A stretch of DNA of 64,000 nucleotides from Azolla caroliniana. Taxonomy: Eukaryota; Plantae; Polypodiophyta. The notes beneath the pieces are model-generated. The model ran no database searches. It saw only the letters and a program-made list of their open reading frames with translations, and was not told the origin of the DNA. This document shows positions 26,701-39,659 of this stretch, one piece after another. Positions within the stretch are counted from its first letter, which is position 1; the number at the start of each line of letters is the position of its first letter. The stretch spans positions 16,802,001 through 16,866,000 of the forward strand of contig JBHGNT010000012.1 of NCBI GenBank assembly GCA_043228905.1, in the 5' to 3' direction. The position numbers and the translations under genes were made by a program.

Positions 26701-27025
26701 TTGGAGAACACGCATTGCAGTTCTAGCTGCTCGAATGTCAAAGTAAGAAACCATAACAAAGCCTCGATGCTTGCATGCCGAATAAAGATTACGTATGTCC
26801 CCGAAAGGCTGCCATGAAGCAACAAAATGTAAGACATAGAGTACACATGGACATAATTGACACTTTCACATACATAGACAAGGACATTATAACTAGACAA
26901 ACTAACATAATATATCTTGCATTAACTTCACAAGGAATGGAAATATACACCATACTCCAAGCAAGAAAATCTCATAGCCAATTGTTTACAAGATGGAAGC
27001 ATAGGTGCAGAGTTCCTTAGGAGAT

Positions 27026-27072
<47 letters not shown>

Positions 27073-27963
27073 CCTCAAAGAGAGCCCGAAGTTCCGAGTC
27101 GTCAACACCATTGCTAATACTTCTAACAAATAGAGTTCTTGATGGGTGCTCCACAAATAACATATGCTCATTCAATGCTGAACTGAACCCTCCGGTCGCC
27201 CATCTGGTACCTCCAAGCATATCATCATTGACATGATTCGTGTAATGATTTGCACTTCTCCGTGATTCTCCTTGTATATCCCCATCCATCTCTAATCCAC
27301 CTCCACTACTAAATATATCGACATCTTCATCGAGGTGGTTTATATATAGACTCATGGCATGCATACTTTGAAGAAGGTCGTCGCCATCGGGAAGAAGACC
27401 CCCGATTGCTTGTCTCACCATTTCTTCATCGAGAGGCTCATCTGTATCTTCTTCCTCAGCATTGATCCCAAAATGTGAGTAGCCCATCTCACTCATTTCC
27501 TCAAATTTAGCCCTTATGAAACCAGAACAATATTTACTTATCCCCTAATTAGGGTCAAGCAAATGGTAGCAACTGATGATGGGAAGAACCCAAGATCAAA
27601 ATGAAGTTCCAGAGCTTTTTGTCCAACCCATTAGTGGCTAGTATTACTAGGTTTTTAATTATATCTGAGGTCCGAATGATCCCATCAGCTGGAGGTTCAG
27701 ACTAGAGGTGTTGTAGTAGTTAGGTATATTTGTATAGCCTTTGATCTAAGACTGAAAAGAAAGAATGCCATTATGTTAGTTCTGATTTTAATCAAAGTGC
27801 ACATGCACATGCACATTCACACATACACATACATACACATACACATACACATACATTCAGCATTCAGTGAGATACTATATCCAAAGAGATATAAAAGAGA
27901 AGAGAGAAGCAAGCAAACCATTTTGGTTGTGAATCCATGAACAGCATTATGGAGAGCAATCAT
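23742..27963 (-). CDS. AML: MEI2-like RNA-binding protein (3 RRMs), ~682 aa, 10 coding exons
   Basis: Exons 27963-27919 (tentative), 27544-27074, 26808-26650, 26284-26168, 26010-25856, 25432-25341, 25179-24504, 24323-24239, 24130-24062, 23921-23742; GT-AG introns, phases consistent. Motifs [104 protein letters not shown]. Confidence 0.92.
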
Positions 27964-28869
27964 TGATTTGATTAACTGGAGAAATGCTGCTCATTCATCT
28001 ATCTCTTGCCTCTTGTCTCTAATTTCACCTGAAGTAAACAAGCAAGTAAAAGCTCTGTATATCTACTCCCCCCTTGTTCCCATTGCCATATGAGCAAACA
28101 ATATATTAAAGAAGGGGGAGATACATAGAGAGAGAGAGAGAGAGAGAAGCAGAGCAGGCAAGATGACATCATCAAATACATCATCAAACTTTCAATGGTT
28201 AAAAATGATCCTTCTTTCTTTTTATTTTGATATAAAAACAAATAATAGCATTTGAGATATTTATCAGTTTTTGTTTTGTTTTGTCAAGAAGAAAACAAAA
28301 AGCTTCCCTCTCTCTCTCTCTCTCTCTCTCATTTATTTTGTCCTTTACCTGAGAAATCAGAAAACAAAGAGGTTGATAATTTTTGTAGTATTTACAATTG
28401 TGACCCCAATAAATAAATAAATAAATTTTATTATTATTTTAAATACTCTTGTGTTTTTTTTTTTGGCTAGAGTCTTTGTGTTTGAGGAGAGTGTGCCATG
28501 CCAAAAATACTTCTATTCTCTAATGGAACTCTCTCTCTCTCTCTTGGTGTTGGTGTTGGTGTCTCTTGTGTCTAGGGGGGGGGGGGGGGGGTCCACACAT
28601 CTCTTGTCTCTTTTGTATATGGTGTCTTTGTTCCTAGGGGTGGGACTAGGCTCCCACCCATGATTCCCCACACAATCCCTGTGTCCACGAAAACTGGTCG
28701 ATCAACTTACTCTCCCTCTCTACGCAACCACGACAAAGGACATGTGTCACACACACATACACACTTGAGGTCTCGCGCGAGGCCCCATCCCCAACCCCAT
28801 ATTAAGCTCTCTCTCTCTCTCTCTCTCTCTAGTAAATATATGTTTGTTATTAAAACAAGATGCTAGATA

Positions 28870-29465
28870 ATACATACAACCCTTGCTATCTCCAGTACTT
28901 TGTTAGTGGGCGATATGACAAAGCAAACCCTCTCTAGTATTGTAACACCAAATGCCATAAATCTACATCATCTTGGGACAATGTCTCCATACAATATAGT
29001 CGCGAAAATTGCCAAGTCAATTTCCCTTTCATCCAATGGAGTTGTTGTGGTACTCCACAAAGCCCATCAAACAAGGACCCATTTCTCATGGTCCAGTTAA
29101 GCCACAACCCCCAATACCTAAGGTAGTTAAGCACAACCTGATATGATGGCATGGGTAGAGCTTTAACACCATTAATGAAAGCCCACTTAAAATGTGAAAA
29201 AAAACTTCATGTTACTGATGCCCAATTTTGTGATATAACCTCCCAAATGACTTTGGCAATTGGGCATGTAATGAAGCTATGCCTGCCATCTTCATCAACC
29301 GCCATGAAAAGAAAACATGTCCCATTAGAAATATGTCTTCGTTTTAAAGTCATTGTCAAAGGCAACCCACTGACCTCAACATTCCAAAGAAACACCTTTG
29401 CACGAAATTGAATATGAGACTGCCATCCTACATCTAAAACTCGAGCCACCACTTTACATGTTCAC
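28870..29465 (-). mobile_element. 3' fragment of an L1-type LINE (zf-RVT region)
   Basis: WQSHIQFRAKVFLWNVEVSGLPL..TC..EDGRHSFITCPIAKVIW; GLWLNWTMRNGSLFD. Confidence 0.7.
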
Positions 29466-29537
29466 TAATGCACCATGGGCCAGTTCAGAGCTATTGGAGC
29501 TGGATCCGCCCTTGTTGTATTCAAAACCGTACTTATT

Positions 29538-29586
<49 letters not shown>

Positions 29587-30578
29587 TTCCTCCATGCTTC
29601 CCTACCACTTCATGCACCACGTCAATGAAAGTGGGTTTATAGTGTCGACCATGACTCCTCTAAGACCAACTCATACATGTTTAGATTTCTTACCAGAATG
29701 TCTACTATTGCAAGTCCTCTTTGTTACATCGTGTAATAGGAAATAGTTTTATAGAGTATCTACCATAAGTCTTTTTGAGCTAATTAAAACACTTACAAAA
29801 TTTGTTATCGGGGAACTTAGTAGATGGTCGCTCTACTAAATTTGAGACATCCTACATTTCCATCATTGCTCTACTTCTATTATAAATCTTTCCAAATGGC
29901 AAGTTCAAACATTCAAGTGATGTTTACGTAATGTCAAAATTTGAGATCATGGACCTTAATGAGCTAAAAAACCTTTGAGATGGAGAGGTTACATTTGAGC
30001 TTGGATCAATAATGCAACATGGTGGGTTGCCCAAAGGTCTCATTATATCGTACTCATTCTTGCACAAGTTCTCATTTTGTAGGAGCAAACCCCTTCAATG
30101 TTCGAGATCTGTTCTCAACAATACTTGAAGCTCAAAATGAGTGTCTTTGAATTATGACCATTATTATATGTAGTAATTATATTCATATTTTTTGGTGATT
30201 TGTATGTAGTTGCTATACGTTGATGAGGTTTACTTGGTTTGAATAATATGGAGCCCAAGCATGAATTCAATATTTTGGAGGGGGCTATGCATGTGGATGG
30301 GAGTCGATTTCTTAATTACATTTGTGATCTAAACAATTGTGGAGCTTTGAGTTATGGCAACACGACCAAGTTCAATGTATTTTTATAATCTAAAGCAAGT
30401 TGCAATATGCTTAAATTATGGGGCCACTTGTGAGGGGCTCACTTTATGTGGAAGGCGATTTAAAACTAGTCTTATATGTGTGTATATATAGAAAGAGAAC
30501 CTAATCTTGTTTGTGTAGAGAGATCATTTTAACGTCCACGAGAAACCAATTATACCCACGTCAAGGATTAAACTTGGA

Positions 30579-30771
<193 letters not shown>

Positions 30772-33700
30772 AAGGTAAAGGGGCACAAAAGAGCTATACA
30801 AACCTCCAGGATGCTAGCAACATGACCCGTGGGACCAAAAGAAACACACCATTCTCCTATGTTTGGAGATAGTGAACTCATTAGTTTGATACACAAACGT
30901 GGCACTTGGTGTAGGAGATATGCTATATGGTGCAACAAATATGTGTGAAAATAGGGTTACAGTCTATAGAAAAGAGAAAAAGAAAGAGAACCTTGACCAT
31001 TGAGTCACACCGTATTAATTTTCAGTACTTGAGCACAATAATGTCTTCCAACATCAATAGTTGGAATCATATAACAATCAAACGTTTTACCAATAGTTCT
31101 TCACACATACGCAACAATCTTAAGTATTAAATGTGTAATACGATATCAATACATCAACATGCAACCTATGTTAGTTCATCATTAACTAAAACAAGAATAA
31201 TCAAATAGGATAACCTTATACAATGGGAACAAGCATTGAACTCTTTCATAGATCAATGAATGAAGAAAGGGCCCCACGAGACATTAATCACCACATAGTT
31301 TGCCGTTCTTCAAGACGATGGATAAATGATGTATTTCCCCTAGTAACTATCCCCCTTTGTGTCTATCTCTATCTCTATCACTCTCTTTTGCCTCATACAA
31401 TTCTATAATTTGTTTTCAAAAACATGTTCACATCTCGATGGATGTGACAACGTCAACTAGTGTGGAAGATAATGGTAGTGACACATGTCCAATAGAAATG
31501 AGATGCTAGTGGCCAAACTTTTGCAAGTGATTCATATTATTGTGAAAGGATTCTAGTGCTCAAGCAGTGACGCAAATTCACACGATAATTCAATAATGAT
31601 GTATTGTCAAGGATACCCATTACGGTTTTCTTAAGTTATCTTCCCATGATATAGATTATCTTCTTGGCCTTTCTTCCCTTCATCATAGTTTTTCACATTG
31701 GGAATTTATGCTACTTCAAAATCTACAACACAAAATAGTCCATGACATTTTTTTTCATAATGAAAGTAACAACAAGTTAAGGGTGATATCATTCAATTGG
31801 GATAAGTAACTACATTAGAAGACAACAAACTTGTGTGTGACATAAGAGTGTGACATAAGCGCTTATGTATAGAAAACAACCCAAGTCAAGGTCTAAACAA
31901 GCGTACAATGGTGTCCTTATTTCTTGAAAGTTTTACATGACGTGAGAACTCAATATTTGGATTTATGACTTTGATAAAGACTTTACATGTCCTTGTTTGA
32001 GATAAACTATCTCTTTGTGCGTTCACAATAACTCAAACCACATCAATGAGCAAAGTCAAAAAATGAATAAATATATATGCTTGTAAAGGGGAACCGTTAG
32101 ACAAATTTAGGAAAGAAAGGATGCCCATTGTGCATTATTGAAGGAAATTTCGTTGTAATCAATGGCTATGAAAACTTTTAAGTGAAAATTATGTACATAT
32201 TTTTACTTAATGGGAAAGGGAACGTTAAAGGTGTATTCTTGCGTTGGCGAATGCAACGGGAAGATCAAGAGGATAGTGCTTGAACTCCTTACATATAATT
32301 TATAGGCAAACACTTTGAAGCATAGTACATAATATACTCGAATGCATTGGCAAACATTCTTTTTCATATGAATGCAAACGAAAGCGTATGTTATCAAAAC
32401 ATTCTTATGTTTTTTTTACACTTTTTACTTGTTTTTTTTAAAACCTTATAAGTTATAATAAATAATGTCTACAAGTGTTTACCATACTCGAATGTTTGAG
32501 ACATTCTCGAATGCGAATGCACGTATGGTTCATACTATGCTTTGAAGTATGGCTTACATTGCAAAGAACTTAATTTTTTTTCTATGTGAACATATGAACA
32601 TATGCACAATTGTGATGTTTCAAAAAATTCATATTTCAAGCTTGGCTGATATTAGAAGAGCATTATTTGAAGGAGATAACACATTGATGTCGAGGAGCCA
32701 CTAAAGAGGCGTTTTGCATTTGATTCTCACTTTTTTGTGTAGACTTTGAGCTCACTAAGAATCTTCTTTTATGATTGAAGTACATTATTTTTCTTCATAT
32801 TCTTCTTAGTAAAATAAGGACACATGCTTCCTCTTTTGTTCATGCTTTGACTATTGCTACATCTATTATTAGATAGGAGATGCACATAGGAGATGCACTC
32901 ACGCACACAAACATCATTCACATCTGAATACATAGGTCATGTCTATCAGCTTGGCTATTGGCCCCAAAAATGACAACAATAATTTGCTTTATGGCACATT
33001 ATAATGCAAATTTAGAATACTTTATCAAACCTCTTGCTCAAAGGAGCGATTCAAAATGGAGTGCCTCTTACTCTTACCTATAACATCATGTAGAATGTAA
33101 CATTACTCTCTTGTATATCCAACCAATTGCCCACATAATAGGCCCTATGAGAAATCAACCAATGCAAGAATAACCTTCCTATACACATCCTATGTCTATG
33201 ATAGTTCCCGGAACCCTCACACTAGTCACTTTCTCCTACCATTCAAGAAAGTGGTTGGTGAGCTTCTGCCTTTTGTGAGTATGCATTTTTGGGACGCATG
33301 ACTAACCTTATTCATGTATGCACAACCATAAACGATCCATCTTTAATCCAAAAATGGCTAACTAATTGCTTGCAAATTGTTTCCTAGGATTTTGGTTAAA
33401 AAAATCAAATAAAAGGGGATAGAGATGCTCTAGGAGCGTATCGTTGTCATCATACATAATTAAATGTAAGGTAAATTACAATTAAAGATATTATGGAGTA
33501 AGAACAAGTTACACAATTTCTAGAAATCTGTTTAACATCTACCATATCATTAGTTCATGACACAATCTAAAATACAATAAGAAAAAGAACGACAATTTAT
33601 GTATATATATGTAGTGCTTTATGTAGAAAACAATATTTTCTTCCTTACCTTAATAAGTGTTTTGTGGAAAATCCTACTTGTTTATCAAATAAACCCATTC

Positions 33701-35613
33701 CATTCAACGTTTTCAAAAAAACTTTTCTTCACGTTAGTAGAAGTTCTGTACACGACAAAATCATTAAACTGAAAACATTACAATGGCTCTAGTCATAATG
33801 ACTTGTAACAAATCCCAAAGAAGTAGAGTGACAAATTATAAAGAATTCCATTGTTTAGGGTTTAGGGGACTGCCCAAAGTCCCATCGAATATGGCAGGGG
33901 GTTGGCCGCTTATTGCAATTATGCTAGGTGCAAGGCATAATCGAGTGGGGAAATATATGTTGGCTATCATGGTAGGCCCCACTTGACATATACGAGTATC
34001 AGGAGGAGGGGATGGTTTTCTTCTCCACCATCGACAATGTCCACTCAACTCTTATCAATGCCAAATCTCAAGTTGTGTTGGAATTAGTCAACCCAATAAC
34101 TCTTTGGACTCTATGGAAACAACGGTGTAGACGAGTCTTCTCCAACCAAACCGTGCAACCAATAGTATGGAGTGAAGTTGTAGCCACACTAAAAAGCCAA
34201 TATGATGGCCTCAAGGGTGACTCCGATGGAGTTGAAAGACAATGACTAGCCTTCATCCAGCAATGGTTGACCTCCCCCTTTATTGAGTCGGTGGGCATCC
34301 ACATAAGATGGACCCCTATTGCGTCCCTATAGGGATTTGTATATATTAATCTCATCTGTAAAATTTTATAACTAATGGAAGTGTGAAATGCTCAAGATGT
34401 GAAATGCTCTCAAGAATAGCCTCCCTTTCCATTACGTTCCAAGTTACATTTTATAGACTACTCTTAGCGTGGAGGGTGTTCTCCCGCTCCAATTAGCTCT
34501 TCTAATTATGGGGGCTTGGTAGGGGCCTAATTTGGGTGTGGTCCATGTGACCGCCACAGTTCCCCCTTGTAAAAAAAAGTCATTGTGTGGTTGGATCGCG
34601 ACGGGGCGTGGACGACGGTTCTAGGTGGGGGGATGACATGGGCGTGGGCGGGGGCGATGGTAGCTGATGGAAGGGCTTCATGCGAGACTGGTGGGCAAAG
34701 GTAGAGCGGTTGTTGGAGGTGCGGCGGAGCAGATATGTAGTGTTGCGTATCTGCTTTTGAACTTCGAAGGGACCGATCCATTAGTGCTTGAACGACTCGC
34801 TGAGGCCGCAACGATGGATGGGGAAATAGACGAGGAATTTGTCGCCGACATGGTATTGATGGTCGGCGCGGCCTGCATCGTGTTGTTGTTTTTGGCGTAG
34901 CTGTGCTTGGTGCAGGTTGCTCGTATGGCTTTGCGGAGGAGGGGTTGGAGTTGTTGTAGGTGGGACCACCAGGACACTGCGTCAAAGTGGAGTCATGTGA
35001 TTGGTTGTGGGACTGCCACTTCTAGGGGTAAACGCGGGTCCCTTCTGTAAAGGGCCCGTGTTGAGAATCAAGCTCAACTTGGTCTAGTGTGTGAACTCAC
35101 CTTGAGAGTGAATAGACACTCCAACGGTCAAGAGTCACCATTAAGTCACCACTTTGTATTCTAGCATTTAGTATGAGTCATAGAATCATATTCTATGACA
35201 CATAACTTATGAGCTTTCACATTCCCCATGCTTTATGAGTCATGTAGTTAATGAAGAGAGAGGGTGACTATATAAAGCACCCTCCTCCCTCCTTGTATAA
35301 CGTTGAGTCTTTCTCCTTTGTTAATATACTTAACCTTGCGTATTCTCTGTGTTTTACTCCTTGTCTCTCTCACTCTCTCTCTCTCTCTCTCACATATACA
35401 CACATAACTCATATCTCTTCCGCTTCGCAAGAATCCATCTCTTGATTCTTTACATGGTATCAGAGCAATTTGGTAGCTCGATCTAGCCCATTCGCCTCAT
35501 CGTGATCGTGTGTTGTGCTCTACACCGACGACCAAGAACCGGCTCATAGCTATCGTAGCGTCGCTACATAGCTCGCATTCGAAGAGAGAAGGAGAAGAAG
35601 AAGAATCGACATA

Positions 35614-37214
35614 ATGAATACTCAAATGGGGAGCGCTCTCCCTACCGAGAAGTTGGATAGAAACAACTTCGCATCTTGGGAGTACAAGATGCACCAATAC
35701 CTTGTCGGACAAGGCAATTGGAGCTACATCAAAGGAGCGCATGAAGACCGACCCGCCGAAGCGGCTCCCGGATATGTGACATGGGAGCAAGCCGCAAGCC
35801 GCGTGATGTATTGCTTGGCGACATGTGTTCACGACCACATGCTCGGTTACATTCGAGAAGCCAAGACGCCGATGGAAGCGTGGGAAAATCTACGAAGGAT
35901 TTTCGCCACCAACACGACTGCGAGGAAGCTTCAACTCCGCCAAGAGTTGAACAACATTCAACAAAGGGACATGTCCATCACGACATACACCTTGAAGATC
36001 AAGGAGCTTTGCGACTCGCTCGGCTCAATAAGTGTAAGTATAGATGATGATGAGATGGTGCAAATATGCCTCGGCGGCCTCGCATCACGGTTCGGCGCGA
36101 TGCGAACCATCGTTCTAGCACGGGAGAAATCTCCCTCCTTCTTCGAGCTCCAATCAATGCTATTGGTCGAAGAAAACCACGTGCGTACAAGGAGCAATGA
36201 GTCGGAAGGCCACATGCTCTACACGCACTCTAATGGAGGAAGAGGACGCGGACGAGCGAGAGGCCGATTCGGCCAAGGACAAGGCGGACGAGGTCCGACC
36301 TACGACAACAACTCCCAATTTCGGCCGCAAAATGGAGGCCAACGAGGAACCTTCGCAAGAAGGGGGAGCTTCCACTCTAGCCTGAGCAGTCAAAACGCAA
36401 CCGAATGCGGATATTGTAGAAAGCTCGGCCACCACAAAGAAGAGTGCTGAAAGAAGATGCGCGAATCGGCTTCCACAAGCCGACAACTCACGAATTACAC
36501 ACACAATTCCGACTACGAAGACTGTGGTGAAATGTACGGGCACAACTCTGACTACGAAGATCGTGGTGGAATGTATGCGCACAACTCCGACCGTGGCGGA
36601 ATGTTCATGATGAAACATAGAGCAAACTCTATGTCGGCCGCTACCTCAACTAGTGCCTCCGGTCCGGAAGACGTATGGTTCGTCGATTCCGGTGCCTCGA
36701 ACCATATGACATCGCATCAAGAATGGTTCCGAGAACTTCGAGAGCCGGACCGACCCGGCTATGTCGAAACCGGAGACAACACTACGCACCCGATTCGGCA
36801 CATTGGCAATGTTCCATTCGGAAAAGAAGGTAAGCAAAATCACATTAAAAATATCTTGCATGTACCGACCATTACGAAGAATTTGGTCTCCGTCGGCCAA
36901 ATTGTAGAGCAAGGGATGCAAGTTCGATTTAATCAAGGCGGTTGCTTCATCGAAAAAGAGGGCCGACTCATCGCACGCGGACGAAGAGAGGGCCGAATGT
37001 TCATTCTCGATTCATGCGAGATGAAATCTGCCATGTTCGCGAAAGGCACGAAAGCCGACTCCGACATAGAGTTATGGCACAAGCGGATTGGCCATATAAA
37101 TCTCCAAAAGCTCAAAGCAATGAAATCGAAAGGAGTTGTCCTCGGACTCCCAACATTCAAAGAGAAGGAGATTGAAGGTGTATGCGAAGCAACATCGACA
37201 CCCATTCCCGAAAA
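35614..37214 (+). pseudogene. Copia gag-protease-GAG-pre-integrase, interrupted by an in-frame stop
   Basis: UBN2-type gag, CGYCRKLGHHKEEC followed by TGA (36448-36450), WFVDSGASNHMT, LWHKRIGHIN. Confidence 0.9.
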
Positions 37215-37862
37215 TGTACCCCTTTTGCTCCAATGAGTATCCTACGAGGATACATTTCTCTGACTTCGGGTCAAGCTTTTGACGCTTCTCGTTGGGGATG
37301 TGCACGTACGCTATCGTGCTAAATATCCGGATGTGCGATAAGTCCGGCTTCTTTCCGAAGTATTTTTCGCGCGGAGTGACCTCGTGCACGCCGGATGTTG
37401 CGCACCGGTTCATTAGGTAGACGGCCGTATTTGCAGCTTCGGCCCAATATGACTTGGGCATATGCTTCTCGTTCATCATTGCCCACGCTACTTCGAGGAT
37501 GTGCCGATTTTTGCACTCGGCTACTCCGATTTGTTTCGGAGTGTGTCGGCAAGTGAATTCTCGCCGAATTCCTTCCTTTCGGAGATACGCCGTGAAATCG
37601 TCCGAGAAGTACTCCTTGCCGCCATCCGATCGAAGGCATCGTACATGCCGGCCCGTGGCTTTCTCGACGTCATTCTTGAAATTTTGGAAGTGTCCGAACA
37701 TTTCGCTCTTTTGCTACATCGGGTAGATCCAAGTGTGCCTAGAGAAGTCGTCGATGAAGAGCACGTAATATCGGCATCCGCCGAATGTAGCCGTCTGCGC
37801 CAGTCCCCATATGTCGGAATGGACTACGTCGAGTAGACCTTTGCTCACGTTCCGCTCTTTCG
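37215..37862 (-). pseudogene. Copia integrase core lying in inverted orientation
   Basis: Minus strand VHSDIWG..FIDDFSRHTWIY..LRSDGGKEY..GVAECKNR..WAEAANTAVYL..CILVGYSLEQKGY. Confidence 0.92.
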
Positions 37863-37865
37863 AAA

Positions 37866-39659
37866 ATGGCGGAATACGAAGATGATCGCTTCGACGACGA
37901 TGAGTCGACTCACTCACTCGACAGTGAGTTCGGCGGCTTCGAGGTACCAATCGGAGCTAAGAAAGACCTCATCTATGCAAATGAAAAACTCCACCGATCC
38001 ACTCGTGAAAAGAACCCCGTAAGCCGACTCGGCTACAACGATTATATGGCGTACCATTACGCCTTTATGATGAAGGTAGCGACAGTACGGGAGCTGGAAA
38101 CCTTTTCGGAAGCCGTGAAGGACCCGCGATGGATCGAAGCAATGAACGAGGAGATGCAGGCACTACGGAAGAACGAGACGTGGGATCTCGTTTCCACCTC
38201 ACCACACAAAAAGGCGATCAGATGCAGATGGATCTACAAGGTCAAGTATAACGCCAATGGCTCCGTAAACCACTACAAAGCTCGACTCGTAGCGAAAGGA
38301 TACGCTCAGACGCATGGCGTCGACTATGAAGAGACCTTTGCCCCGGTGGCAAAGATGACGACGGTGCGGACCGTAATTGCGCTTGCCACAACGAAAGGGT
38401 GGCACCTCCATCAAATGGAAGTCAAGAATGCCTTTCTACAAGGCGAATTAGAAGAGGAGGTGTACATGATACAACCACCCGGCTTCAACTCGACCACCCA
38501 TCCGAAAGCTGTATGCCGACTCAAGAAGCCACTCTATGGCCTCAAGCAAGCACCGCGTGCTTGGCATTCGAAGATAATGCAATATCTTCATCAAATCGGC
38601 TTGCGTATGTCAAAATCAGACAACTCACTCTACATACGAAGAGATTCCGCAAGTCCGATCGTCATCATTTTATATGTGGATGACCTAGTCATTGGAGGTG
38701 AGCATCTCGTCAAAATCAATAAAGTCAAATCCCTCCTTTCCGACAAGTTCGAGATGCTGGACATGAAGGAGCTCCACTACTTCCTCGGCATAGAGGTAAT
38801 TCGGACTCCGGCCGGAATCATGATCTCTCAACGACACTACATCCTCAACTTGTTATACAAGTTCGGTATGGCTGAGTGCAAATCCGCGGCAACCCCGCTT
38901 GATCGTAATCTCAAACTAGATGCAAACTCCGGCACCAAAGCGTGTGAGCCGACTCAGTATCGGCAACTTATCGGGAGTCTCATCTACCTCACGATCACTC
39001 GACCCGATCTCAGTTATCCGGTCGGTCTCCTTAGTCAATTCATGCAAACACCGCGTGATACTCACTTGGATTGCGCTAAGCGAGTTCTACGATACGTGAA
39101 CGACACAATGGATTGCGGCATCCTCTACAAGTCCGCGATGCCAATATGACTCGAGGGGTACACAAACGCCGATTGGGCCGACTACAAAGACGATAGAAGG
39201 TCAACCTCCGGATTTGTTTTCTTCCTCGGAAGCGGAGCAATATCCCGGAGTAGCAAGAAGCAGCCGACCGTCGCTCTTTCGAGTACGGAGGCGGAATACA
39301 GGGGCGCAGCCGTAGCTGCGTGTGAAGCCGTATGGCTCAAGAGGATTTTGAAGGATCTGGGCGTACCCATCAAGGATCCGACCTCCCTTTACTACGACAA
39401 CATGAGCAATATCTATCTGGCTCGAAACCCGGTGTTCCACGCATGGACAAAGCACATCGAAGTGCACTATCACTTCATCCGAGAGCACGTTCTAGCTGGC
39501 GATGTCGACCTACAACACATTAGCACCAATCTTCAAACGGCCGACGTCTTCACTAAAGCCTTAGGAGCCGACAAGCTATGGCAATTCATGACCGATCTCG
39601 GGTTGATGATCCTTGACTTGCCAAGCTTGAGGGGGAGTACTGAAGAGACTACGCAATAA
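37866..39659 (+). pseudogene. Copia RT and RNase H
   Basis: KARLVAKGY, LYGLKQAPRAW, LYVDDL, TRPDLSY; stop at 39147-39149 and a later frameshift; [12 protein letters not shown]. Confidence 0.93.

Noticed and set aside
28574-28592. Poly-G run as a regulatory G-quadruplex
   Set aside because: A homopolymer alone gives no functional evidence.
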